From positions 8,057 to 72,056 of the forward strand of contig CAWDUF010000014.1 of NCBI GenBank assembly GCA_963805425.1: 64,000 nucleotides of DNA, written 5' to 3'. Shown here piece after piece: positions 62,219-64,000 of this stretch. How positions within the stretch are numbered: the first letter of the stretch is position 1; each line of letters starts with the position of its first letter. Source of the stretch: an uncultured Actinomycetota bacterium (GTDB lineage Bacteria > Actinomycetota > Actinomycetes > Propionibacteriales > Nocardioidaceae). The translations under genes were made by a program, and so were the position numbers. Below the pieces are notes generated by a model. The model ran no database searches, was not told the origin of the DNA, and saw nothing but the letters and a program-made list of their open reading frames with translations.

Positions 62219-63013
62219 TCACGTCGGGCGCACGTGGACGACGTCTCCGGCGCCGACGGCGCGACCGTCGACCACGAGCCGGCCTCGGTCGTCGACGCCC
62301 GCGGCGCGTCCGGTGAACACCTCACCACCGGGCAGGTGCACCTCGACGTCGCGGCCGATGGTGGTGCAGGCACCGCGGTAGCGCTCGAGCACCGCGTGCG
62401 GATCCTCGCCGAGCAGGTCGAGCACCTCGACCAGCACCCTGGCCACCTCGCCGAAGACGTGGGTGCGGTCCGTCGTCGCGCCCGCGATCCGCAGCGACGT
62501 GGCCGACTCCACCGGCAGCTCGTCCTCGGTCATGGCGACGTTGATGCCGATGCCGATGACAGCCAACGGCCGGTCGGCTTCCACGGGGTTGGACACTCGT
62601 TCGAGCAGGATGCCGGCGAACTTCCGCTCGTCACGGTCCACACCGAGCAGCAGGTCGTTGGGCCACTTGAGCCGCGGGTCGACATCGGCGGCCCGGCGTA
62701 CGCCCTCGGCGACGGCGAGCGCGGTCGCGAGCGGCAGCAGCGGCCAGTCCTCGTCGGCGAGCTCGGGGTCCACGACCGCGGAGAAGGTCAGCGCGGTGCC
62801 GGGCGGGGTGTCCCACGACCGGTCGAGGCGGCCGCGGCCGGCGGTCTGGTGATCGGCCACGACGATGGTCCGCGGCACCGGGTCCTGCGCGACGACAGCG
62901 TTGGTGGACCCGGCGGTCGGCAGCAGCGTCACCGACCAGAAGGGTCCGGCCGCGGCCTGCAGCGCAGCGGGGTCGAAGGGTGACCAGGAGGCGTCGGCGT
63001 CGGGCACAGGCAC
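62219..63013 (-). CDS. birA: Biotin--protein ligase (no HTH)
   Basis: [28 protein letters not shown] and GIGIN. Confidence 0.95.
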   Translation of the reverse strand: MPVPDADASWSPFDPAALQAAAGPFWSVTLLPTAGSTNAVVAQDPVPRTIVVADHQTAGRGRLDRSWDTPPGTALTFSAVVDPELADEDWPLLPLATALAVAEGVRRAADVDPRLKWPNDLLLGVDRDERKFAGILLERVSNPVEADRPLAVIGIGINVAMTEDELPVESATSLRIAGATTDRTHVFGEVARVLVEVLDLLGEDPHAVLERYRGACTTIGRDVEVHLPGGEVFTGRAAGVDDRGRLVVDGRAVGAGDVVHVRPT

Positions 63014-63052
63014 TACATTGACGCAGGTACATCGCAGGAGCCAGCCCGGAGG

Positions 63053-64000
63053 ATGGAGTCGATCGTGGCCGCACTACCCGGAGAGGGCACCGACGTCCCC
63101 GCCGACATCGACATCCACACCACCGCCGGCAAGCTGGAGGACCTCGAGCGTCGTACCGACCTCGCCGTCCACGCCGCGTCGGACAAGGCGATCGAGAAGC
63201 AGCACGCCAAGGGCAAGCTGACCGCGCGCGAGCGCGTCGAGAGGCTGTTCGACGAGGGCACCTTCGTCGAGCTCGACGAGCTGGCGCGGCACCGGTCGAC
63301 TGCCTTCGGCCTGCAGAAGAACCGTCCGTACGGCGACGGGGTGATCACCGGCTACGGCATGATCGACGGCCGCCAGGTGTGCGTGTTCTCCCAGGACTTC
63401 ACGGTGTTCGGCGGCTCCCTGGGCCAGGTCTTCGGCGAGAAGATCGTCAAGGTCATGGACCTCGCCATGAAGACCGGCTGCCCGATCATCGGCATCAACG
63501 ACTCCGGCGGCGCGCGGATCCAGGAGGGCGTGGTCAGCCTCGGTCTCTACGGCGAGATCTTCCGGCGCAACGTGCACGCCTCCGGCGTGATCCCGCAGAT
63601 CAGCCTGATCATGGGCCCGTGCGCGGGTGGGGCGGTGTACTCGCCCGCCGTCACCGACTTCACGGTGATGGTCGACGGCACCTCCAACATGTTCATCACC
63701 GGTCCCGACGTCATCAAGACCGTCACCGGCGAGGACGTGACGATGGAGGACCTCGGTGGCGCCCGGGCCCACAACACCAAATCGGGCAACGCGCACTACA
63801 TGGGTGCCGACGAGGAGGACGCGCTGGAGTATGTCAAGGCGCTGCTGTCCTACCTGCCGCAGAACAACCTCGACGACCCGCCGACCTTCGACGACCCGGC
63901 CGACATGGAGACCAGCGAGGTCGACCACGCGCTCGACACGCTGATCCCGGACTCGCCGAACCATCCCTACGACATGCACACCGTGATCGAGGCAGTCCTG
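63053..64000 (+). CDS. Acyl-CoA carboxylase carboxyltransferase beta subunit (runs off the window)
   Basis: [46 protein letters not shown] and [12 protein letters not shown]. Confidence 0.95.
   Translation, partial: MESIVAALPGEGTDVPADIDIHTTAGKLEDLERRTDLAVHAASDKAIEKQHAKGKLTARERVERLFDEGTFVELDELARHRSTAFGLQKNRPYGDGVITGYGMIDGRQVCVFSQDFTVFGGSLGQVFGEKIVKVMDLAMKTGCPIIGINDSGGARIQEGVVSLGLYGEIFRRNVHASGVIPQISLIMGPCAGGAVYSPAVTDFTVMVDGTSNMFITGPDVIKTVTGEDVTMEDLGGARAHNTKSGNAHYMGADEEDALEYVKALLSYLPQNNLDDPPTFDDPADMETSEVDHALDTLIPDSPNHPYDMHTVIEAVL

Overview
High-GC actinobacterial chromosomal segment, probably Nocardioidaceae judging by gene order and protein style (inference). It is mostly conserved core: a CpaE/CpaB-like + HTH + LysM + Rv3235-like cluster, secA, hpf/raiA-comF-lpqB-mtrBA-ahcY, manB-Trm112, whiB-cofD-cofE, an amidase and a galactofuranose polysaccharide locus (wzm/wzt, glfT2-like, glf, LCPs), then purEK, adenylate cyclase, birA and an acyl-CoA carboxylase beta subunit. 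Two elements stand out. (1) A raiA-motif noncoding RNA lies between comF and hpf and carries an ~86-nt insertion. (2) An accessory four-gene operon (49765-54994) encodes an ECF sigma factor, a small soluble partner, a cytoplasmic S8 subtilase with six DPNPIH repeats and a TPR-CHAT (caspase-like) protease. The bipartite motif ACGTATCAGGC-N13-CTCT occurs both before the sigma gene and just after the operon. There it precedes an ORF-less three-hairpin region, a candidate sigma-controlled small RNA. Many single-base indels (ahcY, whiB, cofD/E, GT2, and densely at 35.4-41.6 kb) look like consensus errors, so coordinates of those genes are approximate. No tRNA, rRNA, CRISPR array, integrase or transposase was seen. 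All family assignments come from motif recognition, not database searches.
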